Shown: positions 14,701-28,595 of the stretch, piece after piece
How the letters are laid out: every line of letters starts with the position of its first letter
Position numbering within the stretch: the stretch's first letter is position 1
Assembly (NCBI RefSeq): GCF_018350175.1
Contig: NC_058368.1
Span: 135,720,001-135,784,000, forward strand
Source of the DNA: Felis catus
Taxonomy: Eukaryota
Direction of reading: 5' to 3'
Length of the DNA stretch: 64,000 nt
Program-made: the position numbers and the translations under genes
The notes under the pieces: generated by a model
The model's database searches: none
The model's input: only the letters and a program-made list of their open reading frames with translations
What the model was told of the DNA's origin: nothing

Positions 14701-15790
14701 CCTGGACCCTACTTCAGATTCTGTGTCTCCCACTCTCTCTGTTGCTCTCCCACTCACGCTCTGTCTCTCTCTCTCTCTCACAAATAAACATTTAAAAAAA
14801 TAAAATGAATAAAAGATTTCATGAATGGCATCAAATTGAAAAGAACCAGAGGGATGTCCCTCTTGGTTTCCTTAATCTTAGTACTCTTGGAGTCAGCATC
14901 TCTCTTCTTTTTAGGATTAATTTGATTCTTTTTCCTAAAACTAAAAAGATTTCATTCACATGCTTAGTCACAATTGTGTGTTGGTGAAATTTTGGTATCC
15001 TCTAAGGTGTTTTAGAACAGGAAAAAACAATAAGAAGCACAGGCTTAATGTTTATGTTTGTAATATGTAGATATATTATCTGAACATTATACAGTTGTGT
15101 TAACTAAATATGGATGACTCACTAGCCCAAATTCCATATTTAGCAAATGAAAATTGGTTAAGACTATTAGCTATTAAGAATGAGATTGGAAAAGAGCCCT
15201 GATATGGACTTATATGTATTATACATAGTATTAAATATAGCCATTGAAATTACTAAATGAAAACCAGAAGTAGTTATTCATGACTAGAAAAAAAACCACA
15301 CTGATTTGTTGTGGGTTACATACTGGACCCACTACCTGCTCAGACATGACAGTGCATTTCTTTTTTTTTTTAACATGTTTATTTTTTTAATGTTTTCTTT
15401 TTTTATTTTTATTTTTGAGAGAGAGCAAGCCAAAGTGTAAGCGGGAAAGAGGCAGAGAGAGAGGAAGACAGAATCAGAAGCAGGTTCCAGGCTTTGAGCC
15501 ATAAGCACAGAGCACGTCTCGGGGCTCGAACTCACAAACTGTGAGATCATGACCCATGTTGCAGTAAGGCACTCATCTGACTGAGCCACCCAGGTGCCCC
15601 TGTTTATCTTTGAGAGAGACAGAGTGCAAGTGGGGGAGGTAGAGAGAGGGAAACACAGAATCCGAAGCAGATTCCAGGTTCTAATTTGTCAGCACAGAGA
15701 GCAACATGGGACTTGAACCCACAACCGTGAAATCATGACCTGAGCCGAAGTTGGACGCTTAACCAACTGAGCCACCCAGGTGCTCCATGA
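11750..15790. mobile_element. SINEC cluster in both orientations plus an L1 3' end (~12380-12562)
   Basis: Copies near 11750(-), 12563(+), 13050(+, young), 13277(+), 13690(-), 14592(+), 15360(-), 15601(-). Confidence 0.85.
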
Positions 15791-15849
15791 CGGTGCATTT
15801 CTTAGTCAAATTGCTTTGATGTTTAATATAGGGAAGACATTTTCAAAAT

Positions 15850-18530
15850 AAAGTGGTAATTATATCTTAAAGATTTTTGAGAGGGCAGGGCAACACCCCC
15901 GCTTATAAATTATCTCTAAAAATATATTTAAATGCCATGTTTGAAACTAGATGCCATAACACTATGCCAGAAGATGTGAAAACAGAAATGAAGAAAGGCT
16001 AGAAATTATCAGAAAAAGATGCCAGCTGGAGGCAGTATGCGCTTAACACACAGAATCCTGAAGTGGCTTAGTTAGTGAGAAGCACTTGTGATCATTGATG
16101 GCAATAATGAAGTGTCAGACTAAAAACTGGGGTTGGTTGAGAAACTTACATATGGAACAATTAATACCAAGGTCTCCGACACAGCCAGGTCACTTCCCTT
16201 CCTCCATCCAGACTTACACCTAACTTATCCCTCCACTAGAGATAGGTTTGTCTAAAGAAATTTAAACACAAGTCTCCACACGTAGCTGTCCTTACACATA
16301 GTGGAGGATGTGGGTGAGTTGCTAGGGTGAAAACATACAAATTACATGAAAGTCATATACTGAACAGTTAAACCTTCAGTTTAGTCCCCTGCTTAGCTCC
16401 CAGAACCCTCATAGCTTTTGTAATAACCTGTAGTAACTCTTTAACCCAGGCAAAAGATCAGAAGATCCTTTACTGGAAGAACCGAATGGTCCCAGAAGAT
16501 AGACCCACAGATAACTGGCATTAAACATCCCACCCATTCTTTTTAGAGAAAGCCCAGGAGTTTTTATTACCTTACTTTTAAATATGAATGATTAGCCAAT
16601 GACTACCACATAGTTACCAAGGATTTCCAGATATTTGATGAAAACATCCAGCTAGAAAGACAGACTAACCAAAAAGAAACTTGGGAAAAAGGTAGCAGAA
16701 GAAAATTAACCCTCCACCCCCACATCATCAGAGAACTAAGAGAATAGTACTATATCTGTAAAACAAGAACATGATACTCTTCCTAAGGGAACAATGTAAG
16801 AATAGGGATACTTGAACCTTTTCAAATAAGGTAAAAGCAAACAATAACAGTGGAAAGACTGGAAAAGTAAGCTCAAGAATTCTTTCATCATGTAAAACCA
16901 AAAGAGAAAATTAGCAGAGTGATCCAGGATTGATCCTAGAATATAGCAAAACAGAACAAAGTAAATGTAGGATAGGAAATTCACAAGAAAACAATCCAGC
17001 ATTGATAGGTGTGAATTGACTCAAAGTGCCAAAAAGACCCTGCACAGTGAATGAAAAAAGACCCGGTTGCCTGGCTGGCTCAGTCGGTTAAGCATCTGAC
17101 TTCAGCTCAGGTCATGATCTCGAGGTTCCTGAATTCAGGTCACACTTTGGGGGAGCTCGATCCCACTTGTCTCTCTCTCTGTCTCTCTCTCTCTCTCTGC
17201 CCCTCGTAGGGTTCTCTTTCTCTCCCTCTCTTTGTACCCTCACTCGTTACCTCTCTCAGAAAACAAAACAAAACAAAAAACAGTATTTAAGACCCATGCC
17301 AAGGCACATTATGAAATTTATGAGTGCCAGAGTAGAAGACAAAGATTTTATTTCCATAGAGAGGGAAAACAAAGGTTACACAGAAACCATAATGAAGGAT
17401 TAGGGAAGAGAGTGACAGAAAAGAGTGTCCGATTTCTCAACAGCAACGTTGAAATCTGGAAGACTATAGAACACATTGTGAAAGAGAATGATTTTTTTTG
17501 TGTGTGTTTATTTTGAGAGGGAGTGCGAGCAGGGTGGAGGGTGTGGGTGGGGTGGGAGAGAGAATGCTAAGCAGGCTCAGCACAGAACCTAACAAGGGGC
17601 TCGACACTAAGTGTGAGATCATGACCTGAACTGAAATCAAAAGTTGGACACTTAACTGACTGAACCACTCATGCATTCTGGAAAATAATTTTCAGCATAA
17701 AATTCTGTTACCGTTTGTATTTTGAGTTTGCTCTGAGAATAAGTACAATTTATTACACTAAAAATTTTATATCTACTTCCTTTCTTGGGAATTTATTGGT
17801 AGATATGCTGTACTGTTACATGAGTAAATCAAGAAAAAGAAGTGGGATCCAGGGAGCATGAGGTTGAACAGAAAAGGGATGAATAGAATTCCCCATTTAA
17901 TAGTGAAAAGAAGTTCTGAGGAAACAGATGTGTATCAGGCCCAGTGAGCAACTAGTCCAGATTGTAGCAGGTGGGATGAGAGATTCAGCAGGGTAGTCCC
18001 TGGGGAAAAAAATGGAACTAATGGACTTTGATAGATTTGATCATATAGAAATTTTATTGAATAACTGGAATCTTATCCTTCGGTACAAACTAAGTTGCCA
18101 TAGGAAAACAGTGGGAAAAGTTGAAGTGAGGGGGGATAAGAAATCCTTACCTCTAGAAAAACTAAGTTACTATTTTTTTCAACCTTAGTTATTTTCAGAG
18201 AGAGCATGTGTGCGCACGAGCAGTGAAGGGTCAGAGATAGAGGGGGAGAGAGAGAATCCCAAGCAGGCTCCATGTTCAGCGAGAAGCTTGACTCGGGGCT
18301 TGATCCTATGACTGTGAAATTATGAACTGAGCTAAAAAATCCAGAGTCGGTTGCCTAACCCACTGAGCCAGCCAGGCGCCCCTAGGGAAACCAAATTATT
18401 GTACAAGAAGGGAAATTTAATACAAAGTTGGCACTGAACAAAAGTTATATAGTAATAAATTGGGGTGATGGGTCAAAGACTCATAATTTTTATTCTGAGT
18501 CTATTAATAATATTTGAACACGGTGTATGT
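15850..18530 (+). mobile_element. Degraded old L1M 5'/ORF1-like sequence with SINE insertions
   Basis: A-rich L1-like text (aaaaaagaccc...aggcacattatgaaattt; gatttctcaacagcaac). Confidence 0.55.
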
Positions 18531-18896
18531 ATTAATAATACAAAAGAAAATGTTTCCAGTTCTAGTTCCAAAGCAACTCTTCCTTTAGGAGAAAAATGCC
18601 TTTTAGTATTTGTATTTTTAAACATGCAAAATCAGAGAACATAGTAAAATGAACGTCAGTGTACCCACCAGCCAGCTTAACCAGCTTTGAACACATGACC
18701 AGCTTTATTTTATTATTCTCTGACACCATACTTTTTATGCCACAAATCCCAGAAATCTGGGAGAAAAAAGGATAAATTAGTACCCTGTGTTCAGATTTCC
18801 CACTTTTTATCATAAATGTCTTTTATGGTTTATTCAAATTGACATCCAAAGTTCACACATTAGGTAGCCCATTATGATTTAAAATTTTCACATCAT

Positions 18897-19625
18897 GGGG
18901 TATCTGCCTGGACGTATTTGAGGAGCTTGCGATGACTCTTGATCTCAAGGTCATGAGTTTGAGCCCCACATTGGGTGTAGAGATTACCTTTAAAAAATTT
19001 TTTTGGGGCGCCTGGGTGGCGCAGTTGGTTAAGCGTCCGACTTCAGCCAGGTCACGATCTCGCGGTCCGTGAGTTCGAGCCCCACGTCGGGCTCTGGGCT
19101 GATGGCTCAGAGCCTGGCGCCTGTTTCCGATTCTGTGTCTCCCTCTCTCTCTGCCCCTCCCCCGTTCATGCTCTATCTCTCTCTGTCCCAAAAATAAATA
19201 AACGTTGAAAAAAAAAATTTTTTTTTAAGTTTATTTTTGAAGGAAAAGGAGAGCATGAGTGGGGGAGGGGCAGAGAGAGAGGGAGACACAGAATCGGAAA
19301 CAGGCTCCAGGCTCTGAACTGTCAGCGCAGAGCCTGACTCAGGGCTCCAACTCACAAACTGCGAGATCATGACCTGAGCTGAAGTTGGTTGCTTAACCGA
19401 CTGAGCCTCCCAGGCGCCCTGAGATTACCTTAAATAAATACTTAAAAAAATTTAAGGGCACCTAGGTGGCTCATTCAGTTAAGCCCTCTCTCCCTCACTT
19501 TCTCTCTCCCTCTCTCCCTCACTTTCTCTCTCCCTCTCTCCCTGCCCTTCCCCTGCTGTCTTTTGCACATGCACATACATGCCCATGTACTCTATATCTC
19601 TCAAAAATAAACTTGAAAAAAATAC
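18897..19625. mobile_element. Nested SINEC stack (short + copy, young + copy 19005-19217, - copy 19218-19420, further + copy)
   Basis: TSD gagattacctt at 18980 and 19421. Confidence 0.85.
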
Positions 19626-19890
19626 TTTACATCATACCTAAACACTTATTCTTAAAAAATATAATTAAAGTGCCAGCTTGCCCATGAAACTAAGGCTATC
19701 ATGACGAGTGTCCCTTGAGTACAGTTTTTACATCATTAGTCTGCAAAGTAGGAGATAGTATTTTGAGGTATGAGAAGAAAATGTTAGCATGCCTGAAAAT
19801 ACTTACAAAACGTTATTTAATATAAGTTCAAGTTTCTTTTTCTGGGTACACATTTCATATATATAATAGTGCAGTGTTATACATAGGAGT

Positions 19891-20985
19891 TGTATTAAAT
19901 CTGGATCCAGTCAGAAAAAAGAAACCACACATTAATTTAAAGAGGGAAGTTTAATATAAAGAATTAGTTATAAGAAATTGGAATAATGAAGGTTGACTAA
20001 TAGAAAGTTACTCTGAATTCTGAAGAATGTAGGAATAGCAAACAGAAGGAGCAACCACCCTAGGACTGAGATAGAGCACCCAAGGAAGAGGACCCAAGGA
20101 CTGAGATCTAGACCTTGTTGAAAAGGGCACACACTAGGGGCGCCTTGGTGGCTCAGTCGGTTGAGCATCCGGCTTCAGCTCAGGTCATGATCTCATAGTT
20201 TGTGTGTTCGAGCCCCACATCGGGCTCTGTGCTGACAGCTCAGAGCCTGGAGCCTGCTTCGAATTCTGTCTCCCTCTCTCTCTGCTCCTCCCCCGCTCAT
20301 GCTCTGTCTCCCTCTCTCCTTCAAAAATAAAACAAAAAAAAAAATGAAAAGGGCACACACTGTGTCTCACTGGATGACATAGAAGTTGCCGTGGAGCTGT
20401 GTCGGCAGAACTTGTTGGAAATCTTTTCTTTTGCATGTGGAGGAAAGCTGTTCAGGGGAGGTTTTCTGGAGCCATTCTGCTACTCAACCCTCTCTAGAGG
20501 GAAGCTGCTCTGTGCATTGGGCAATGAAGAAACTGCCCACAGTGGCAGGAACCTGTTGCTAGAGAAGCTCAGAGTACTGCAGGGGGTGTGCTGGGCCAGC
20601 GAGCTGGAACTGGGAAGCGAAAGTCTTCTTCCTATAATATTCCTCCAGCAGCCTCCATTGTCAGAGCTTCAGCTGGCAAAAGAAAAATACGTTTTTGTTT
20701 TTTGTGGTTTTTTGTGAGAGAGAGAGGGCACAAATGGGTGAGGGGCAGAGAGAGGGAGAGAGAGAGAATCCCATGAGGGTCAGAGAGAAGGAGGGAGAGA
20801 AAGAAGCAGGGCTCACTTGAAGCGGGGCTTGAGCTCATGAACTGTGAATCAGGACCTGAGCCAGAGTCAGATGCTTAACTGACTGAGCCACCCAGGAGCC
20901 CCCAAAAGGACAATCGTTAAAGACCTACATCTATTTTCTCAGAGAAGGCAAAAAGGGTGAGCTCGAGTAAATTGATAACTGGCAG
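19891..20985. mobile_element. Old MaLR LTR (MLT1L/M-like) split by two SINECs
   Basis: tgtatt...ggatccagtcaga...gaaaccacac...gtttaatataaagaatt start; gataactggca end. Confidence 0.55.
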
Positions 20986-22037
20986 AGTTAAATGCTTTTT
21001 TGGCAGTGTTGGGGGCAATTGGTAGTGGTCCACAGTAGTAGAAGTGTTGGAGACCTGGTACTTAATCTGGTCTTTTCAATGAGTTTATAAACTTTTGAAG
21101 GCGTTTAACTGTGAAAGGCCTGTTATTCACAGTAAATGCTTTTTTACTTTTCTGTATATTTACACAGATGTTTGAGAACGAATTGGAAAGTAGTGTCTAA
21201 TATATAGCAAGGATTTTAATTATTTATTAGCTTCTAATTTTTAACTTGTAATCACTTACCTTTTAAAGTTCATCATTATACCTCTTCAGAGAATTAGCAT
21301 GCCAAGATATTATTTAAGTTAGATTGTAATGTAAATATGTTCTGCCTGCCTGCCAGCCTTTGCTCTCCTTCACTTTAGCTAGAATAGTTTTCCTCCATTT
21401 TAGACTTTTCCTCTGACTCTTTTTCATCTTTCAGCTTTCACTGCTGCTTCCTCTAGGATGCCTTCCTTGACATAGCTAAATTGGGTTAGGTGCTATTCTG
21501 TGTGGGCTAGAATCCTGTACTCTCACTGAAAACATCATCTTGTAAAGACCCCCTTATTTGTATTACCAGCATTCCCCACATCTACCCCATAGGAGAGTGA
21601 GGACTGTCTTGTTCCCTTCTTTAAATACCTAGGGCTTAGTTAATTAGCACAGTGCCTATTACATGGTGGTTTTTTTTTTTTTTAATGTTTATTTATTTAT
21701 TGAGAGAGGGACAGAGATAGGGAGAGTGCACATGAGCGAGGGAGTAGCAAAAAGAGAGAATCCCAAGCAGGCCCTGAGCTGCCAGCGCAGAGCTCGAAGT
21801 GGGGCTCGGTCCCATGAACTGTGAGATCATGTACATGGTGATTATTAAAGAGTGAATAAAATGAGCAGGATGGTACTGTTTACTTGGTTGGCAGTGTAGG
21901 ACATAATGCCATATCCAGTACACCTCAAGCTACATTTTGATTTTTGTTACAGTTTAGTTTTTCTTATTAAGTTTACAGTATTACTTGTGTAACTATTACA
22001 AAACACCTTGAAATACCTGTGTCTTGCTCTCTTTCAG

Positions 22038-22124
22038 GTTCCTTTTTTGCCAGGAGATTCAGATCTTGATCAACTAACAAGAATATTTGAAACTTTGGGC
22101 ACACCAACTGAGGAACAGTGGCCT
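22038..22124 (+). CDS. CDK7: CDK7 exon 9 ([29 protein letters not shown])
   Basis: cag| ... |gtaagc; 87 nt. Confidence 0.97.
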
Positions 22125-23499
22125 GTAAGCCTTCATACATGTTCTTTAATGTAGTTAGGATTCTATATGTTGTTGTCGTGTAGGTATTTCTTAAAGAAAT
22201 GTATTCACGTCTTAATTTACTAGTAATATATACTCTGCAAAATTTATACCAAGTAGAAAGTTAAAATTGTGGTATGGTATCCAGCCTCCCATGTACATGT
22301 TGCCCTTCCTCCATCCCAGGGTTAATCACTGTCAGTTTGGTGGAACGTCTTGCTGTGAAGATACATACATAAACATATACTTAACACAATTACATATTTT
22401 ATCTTTTTCTTAATAAAAATAGGATCATGCCATGTAAACTTTTTGCCACCAACTTGATCTTTTTACCTAACGTTTGTAACTGACCTTTTTCTTTTTTATT
22501 CTGACGGTTTTCTTTTTAATAGCTGCATATTTTATTTTAATGGGTATTCATGTTTGTTCATCAACATCTTGGTGGATTTAGGGGGTATTTGTAGAATTTT
22601 CACTAATAGTTAAGATGTCTCAGTATTGTGCATATTTTTAATCCATTATATTGTCTACAAAAAAGAAATCTTAAGTTGTGAGTAAAATTTACACCAATTT
22701 GAGTTGCTAAATTGTATATATCATAGTTTAGTAAGATAATCTCACTTGACTGTTCTTAAATTAAAACTGTAAACCTTTAGATTTTCCTTCCTGTTATAGC
22801 CCCATCTCCTGGAGAATAAATAACTACTACAAAAGATAAATTTTAATCAGACTCTGCCTTCTGGTTAAAACTGATAAAATTATCTGAAGCTGAAATTTAG
22901 TGTAAGGAGTTTTTTTTGTGCTGTTACTTCCTCAACTTTCTAATTGAAAGTTTGCTATATGTACTCATTGTAAAACATGCTTTAGTAGCTATCATTTATT
23001 AAACACATTATATGCCATCATGACAGGCTTTTCATAAATTATATGTCATTTTCCCAACAATCCTATGAAGTAGGTACTGTTAGTCCCAGTTTATTTGAGA
23101 CAAGTGAGGTTTACTGAGGATAAATAACTTACTTACCCAAGGCCACACAGTGTCAGAGCTAGGAGTGCAATGTGGATCTGTGTACAGTACTTTTCTCTTA
23201 GACATGATTTTCTTTTTTCCCCTCTTAGACATGATTTTTTGTCTTTTTTTTTTTAATTGTTGTAATGTTTATTTATTTTTGAGAGCAAGACAGAGACAGA
23301 ATGCAAGTAGGGGAGGGACAGAGAGGAAGACGCAGAAGCAGGCTCCAGGCTCTGAGCTGACAGCACAGAGCCCAGCGTGGGGCTCGAACTCATGAGCTGT
23401 GAGATCAAGACCTCACTTGAAGTGGTTAACACCTGAGCCACCCAGGCGCCCCAGGCATGATTTGCTAAACAGTAACTGCTTTACTGATATTTTCCTTAG

Positions 23500-26165
23500 A
23501 TTTTTGAAAATTATACTTATTTTGAGATGATTGTAGATTTTAGTTGTAAGAGATAATTGAGATATTCCTTGAACTCCTTACCCAGGTTCATACAAAGTTA
23601 GTACAATATCATGACCAGCATGCTGACGTTGATAGGATTAACATACAGGGGCGTCACCACAAAGATCCTTTATGTTGCCCCTTTTTTAGCCATACCTACT
23701 TTCCTTCCATTCCCACTCCCTCTTTAATCCCTGGCAATCACTAATCTGTTCTCCCTTCTGTAATTTTGTCATTTCCAGAATAGAACTAGAATCGCATACT
23801 ATGTAACTTTTTAGGTTTGCCTTTTTTCACATTCAGCATAATTATTTGGAGATTCATCCAGGTTGTATATATCAGTAATTTGTTCATTTTTATTGCTGAA
23901 TGGTATGTATGTACCACAGTGTGTTTAACCATTCACTCCTTCGTTGTTTCCAGTTGGAGCTGTTAAAAATAAAGCTCCTATAAACATTATGTGTAGGGTT
24001 TTGTTTGTTTTTGTTTTTTGTTTTTTGTGGGTTTTTTTTGTATAAAAATAAGCCTTTATTTCTCTAGACTAAATGCTCAGGAGAGCAGTTGCTGAGCTCT
24101 ATGGTAGCTGTGTAGTTAATTTAAAAAACTGCTAATTTGTATTTTCAGACTGGCTGTACCATTTTATATTCTTACCAGCCATAAATGAGTAACCCATTTT
24201 CTCTGCATCCTCTCCAGCATTTGGTGTTGTCACTTTTTTATTTCAAGTGTTCTGATGGTTGTGTAGTGACAGTTCATTGTGATTTTAATTATTTCGCTAA
24301 TAACTGATGGTGTTGGATATGTTTTCATGTGCTTATTGGCCATCTGTATATCTTTAGTTAAATGTCTTTTCATGTTTTTTTCCCATTTTTTCAATGAATT
24401 GTATTTTATGATTTTTTTAAGTAATCTTTGTACCTAACATGGGGCTCGAACTCACCATCCTGAAGTCAAGAGTCACATGCTCTACCCACTGAGCCAGCCA
24501 GGTCCCCATTTTGTGATTGGATTGTTTGGTTTTTAATTCTGATGAAGTCTATTTTATCAGTTTGTCCTTTTACAAATCCTTGTTTTGATGTCAAGTTAAA
24601 GAACTCTTTGCCTATCTCAAAGATTTTTCGACAAAACTATAAAAAAAAGTTAAAACTGTAAATAGTTTTATAGTTTTACATTTGTCATTTCAGTATGTGA
24701 TCCTTTTTGAGTTAATTTTTGTATGAGGTGTGAGACTTTGATCAAAGGTCTTTTTTTTTTTTTTTTTTTTTGGCCTGTGTATGGTCCAGTTGCTTTAGCA
24801 CCATTTGTTGAAAAGACTATCTTTCCATCGAATTGCTTTGCATTGTTGTCAAAAATCAGTTGGCGCCTGGATAGCTCAGTTGGTTCACGGTCCGACTTTG
24901 GCTCAGGTCATGATCTCCCACTTCATGGGTTCAAGTCGGGCTCTGTGCTGACAGCTCAGAGCCTGGAGCCTGCTTCGGATTCTGTGTCTCCCTCTCTCTC
25001 TCTGTCCCTCCCCTGCTTACATTGTTTCTCTCTCAAAAATAAACATTAAAAAAAAAAAAGTCAGTTGGGTAGACTCAGCAGCTGTCTGGGGTAGTGGAGT
25101 TTCCATCCTGGGACCATGGCCTAATTTGTTGGTAACCTGGAGAAGGCCCAGGTGCTGGTGGACACTTAAAGCTTGATTGGCCACATTTTGGCAGTATGCC
25201 AAGATTGAGCTGGTTCCTCTTCTCCCTGCTTAGATTCCTGGAGTTACTCAGAGCTTGGAAAAAATAGTCAAAAGAGTTCTCAAACAGCCTCACAGTTACG
25301 GACGCTCTGCTGAATGTTTTGGTGACCACTGATGTGTGGATATAGTTTTATGTCTTTGAGATCATAGGCAAGCATGGCATTGTTGACTAGAATGTTTAAA
25401 GACCAGTCTTTAACATCTGTTTATATTTGGTTTATTATTTGAATAAAATAAGACAATATATCAAAACAATGAGTTGGGCATATTTGTGGGGATCTGTTTC
25501 TGGGTTCTGTCTTGTGTTCCTTTGATCTATACCTGTCCTTCTGCTTAATGCCACAGTCTTAATTAAAGTAGCTATGCCTTAAGTGTTGAAATCAGGTAGA
25601 TTGATTCCTCCACTTTTGTTGTTTTTCAAACTTGTTATAGCTATTACAGTTCTTTTGCCTTCCCACATACATTTTAGAATAATCTAAAGTGATTTTGTCA
25701 GAATTTTGCTAAGAATTCCCTTCAACTCCATATATCATTTTGAGGAGAATTCTCATCCTTACAAAATTGAATCTCCAAATCCATGAATAGGACAGGCCTC
25801 ATCATTTTTTTTTTTATTTTATTTTTAATTAGTTTCTACACCCAACTTGCATCTCGAACTTACCACTCTGTTGTAAGATCAAGAGTTGAGCACTCCACCA
25901 ACTAAACCAGGCAGGCACCTCAGTTATGTAGCTTTTAGTATAAGTGTCCTGTGTGTTTTGTTAGATTTTCATGTATTTGATTATTCTTTTTGAATTATTC
26001 TAAATGGCATTTTAAATTTCAGTATCCACGTTTGTTACCAGTATATAGAACCACAATCAATTTTTGTGTCTTTATCCTGTATCCTCTAACCTTGCTTTTA
26101 CTCAGTAATTTTAGGAGTTTTTAAATAGATTTCTTGGAATTTTCTAGATAGATCATTTGACAGTT
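23500..26165 (-). mobile_element. Old L1M (3'UTR and ORF2 end) hosting SINEs and the ATP5MG retrocopy
   Basis: tagcaccatttgttgaaaagactatcttt, tgcatcctctccagcatttggtgttgtc and other antisense L1 motifs. Confidence 0.82.
25070..25467 (+). pseudogene. ATP5MG: Processed pseudogene of ATP synthase Fo subunit g (ATP5MG/ATP5L)
   Basis: ATG 25116 to TAA 25399 without introns; peptides LATFWQYAKIELVP, LTVTDALLN and FYVFEIIGKHGIV match subunit g; multiple stops and deletions; AATAAA 25442; flanking t(c/g)agttggg repeat. Confidence 0.9.
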
Positions 26166-26219
26166 TTAGTTCTTCATTTGAGATGTATATGACTTTCAGT
26201 CCTTAAGTTTGAATTATAA

Positions 26220-26387
<168 letters not shown>

Positions 26388-26844
26388 TAGCATATCTTTC
26401 TTATATTAAGAAATATGAGGATAATCTTAACTCTGACACTGATAAAATAGAGTATCGTAAGATTTTCTAACATTCTTTAAATACAGTAAAGATGTGTTTT
26501 TGTTTTAAGGAGTTATAAGTTTTATCTTGTACCTAAGCTACAAGCCCCATTCAGACTGGTATTAAACTACATCATGCATACGCAACAAGAGGGTTTACTT
26601 TTGCTTAGGAACGTATAAATATGTATTTATTTCATAATTAATTGGCTTTCAAGTAGCTTACCTACAGAAGAAAAAATAAGAATGGTTTTGTACTTGTTAA
26701 AATAATGATATTTCAATTAATGCCAAGCCTAATGCCAAAAGTGTTCTTGTTTTTTTCCCCCATGAAATGCAGTCTCGGTATGCATGCTGATCATTGTCAT
26801 AGTCAGAAAATGATAATGGGGAGAAAATGGTATAGTTCCTTCTT

Positions 26845-28179
26845 TTTCTTTCTTAAAGATTTTATTTAATTTTATTTATTTATTTCAATGTTTATTTATT
26901 TATTTTTGAGAGACAGAGCTCGAGCAGGGGAAGGGTAGAGAGAGGGACATAGAGAATCCAAAGCAGGTTCCAGGCTCCAAGCTTTCAGCACAGAGCCCAG
27001 TGTGGGCCTTGAACTCACAGACTGTGAGATTATGACCTGAGCCAAGTTAGATGCTTAACCAACTGAGCCACCCAGGCACCCCAGATTTTATTTTATTTTA
27101 AAGTTGCTTTATTTTAGAGAGGGAGCAATCAGAATCAGGGGAGGGACAGAGAGAGAGCGGGGAGAGAGAGAATCCTAAGTAGGCTTAGGTGCTGCTGGTG
27201 CGGAGCCCAATGCGGGGCTTGATCCCACAAACTGTGAGATCCTGAGTTGGACGCTTAACTGAGCCACCCAGTCACCCCTAAAGATTTTAAGTAATCTCTT
27301 CACCCAGTGTGGGGCTTGAACTAAAAATCCTGAGATCCAAGAGTCACATGCTCTTCTGACTGAGCGAGCCAGGTGCCCTGAAAATAGAAAAAACTGTATG
27401 CTTACAAGAGACAGAAAGATAATCTGAATAGAACAGACATCGATACTGACCCTAACTTAAGGGAAATAAGAACCAAACTCAAAAAAATGAGAAGACCAAG
27501 AGTATCTGCTTTTCCAAAAGAAGGAAGAAATACTGTCCAACACAAAAACAAAAGAACATTAGATTTGAAAGAAAAAAATCCATTGTCTTTGTTTTAAAAA
27601 CAAGCACAAAACAAAAAAAGGTTAGTGTCCCAAACACTTAAAATTGGGGCAGGGAGGGCTGCCTGGGTGGCTCAGTGGGTTGAGCATCTGATTTCAGCTC
27701 AGGTCATGATCTCACAGTTCATGGGTTTGAGCCCCGAGTTGGGGGCTCTGTGCTGACAGCTCCAGAGTCTGGAGCCTACTTCGGATTCTGTGTCTCCTTT
27801 CTGTGCTCCTCCCCTGCTTGGGCTCTGTCTCTCTTTTTCAAAAATAATTAAACACTAAAAAAAATTTTTTTTTTTACATTGTGTCAGGGAAGTGTAGAAA
27901 TGCAACACAGTACAATGATTTGGCTTCAAAAAGTAAGAAAGACCCTGATTAAAATGAAATGTCATAAGTCTTCATATCTATGCACAATATACCAAGAATA
28001 TAAAATAGATATTTTTTCACTTAAGTTTATTACAGACTACCAGATCATTGTTTAATGCATTTACTTCTATAGGCCTTTTCTTTTTGGCAGTACACGTTAC
28101 CTTCATACATACATGCTAGATATTTTACGATTAGAAGCACTCTTCTCATTTCAAATAAGTACCTTATCATTAACCTTTC

Positions 28180-28230
<51 letters not shown>

Positions 28231-28595
28231 CCTTCATCATAAGAAATTTGAGATAAGGTCAGATTATCTAGAAAGTTGTTTTCATTAATAGTAAAAATCA
28301 AAATATAAAACATGTAAATAAAAATTTATAGAAAAATACTAGTTGTACAACTTATTTGGGTTATATTTTGATAGAATTTTTTACTTAAAAATTCTTTAAT
28401 GTTTATTTTTTAATTTTTTAAATGTTTGTTTTTGAGAGAGAAAGCGCACGCAAGTGGGAGAGAGAACCTGAAGCAGGCTTCAGGCTCTGAGCTGTTAGCA
28501 TATAGCCCAATGGTGGGCTCAAACCCACAAACTGTGAGATCATGACTTGAGCTGAAGTCGGATGCTTAACTGACTGAGCCACCCAGGTGCCCCAT
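26845..28595. mobile_element. SINEC cluster in CDK7 intron 10
   Basis: Copies near 26845(-), 27085(-), 27285(-), 27655(+), 28395(-). Confidence 0.85.
28183..28228. repeat. (AC)23 microsatellite
   Basis: Direct reading. Confidence 0.97.

Noticed and set aside
19484..19545. Short local duplications (also near 420, 6654, 23190, 30445, 37906)
   Set aside because: Ordinary 14-30 bp slippage duplications with no spacer structure; not a CRISPR-like or functional array.
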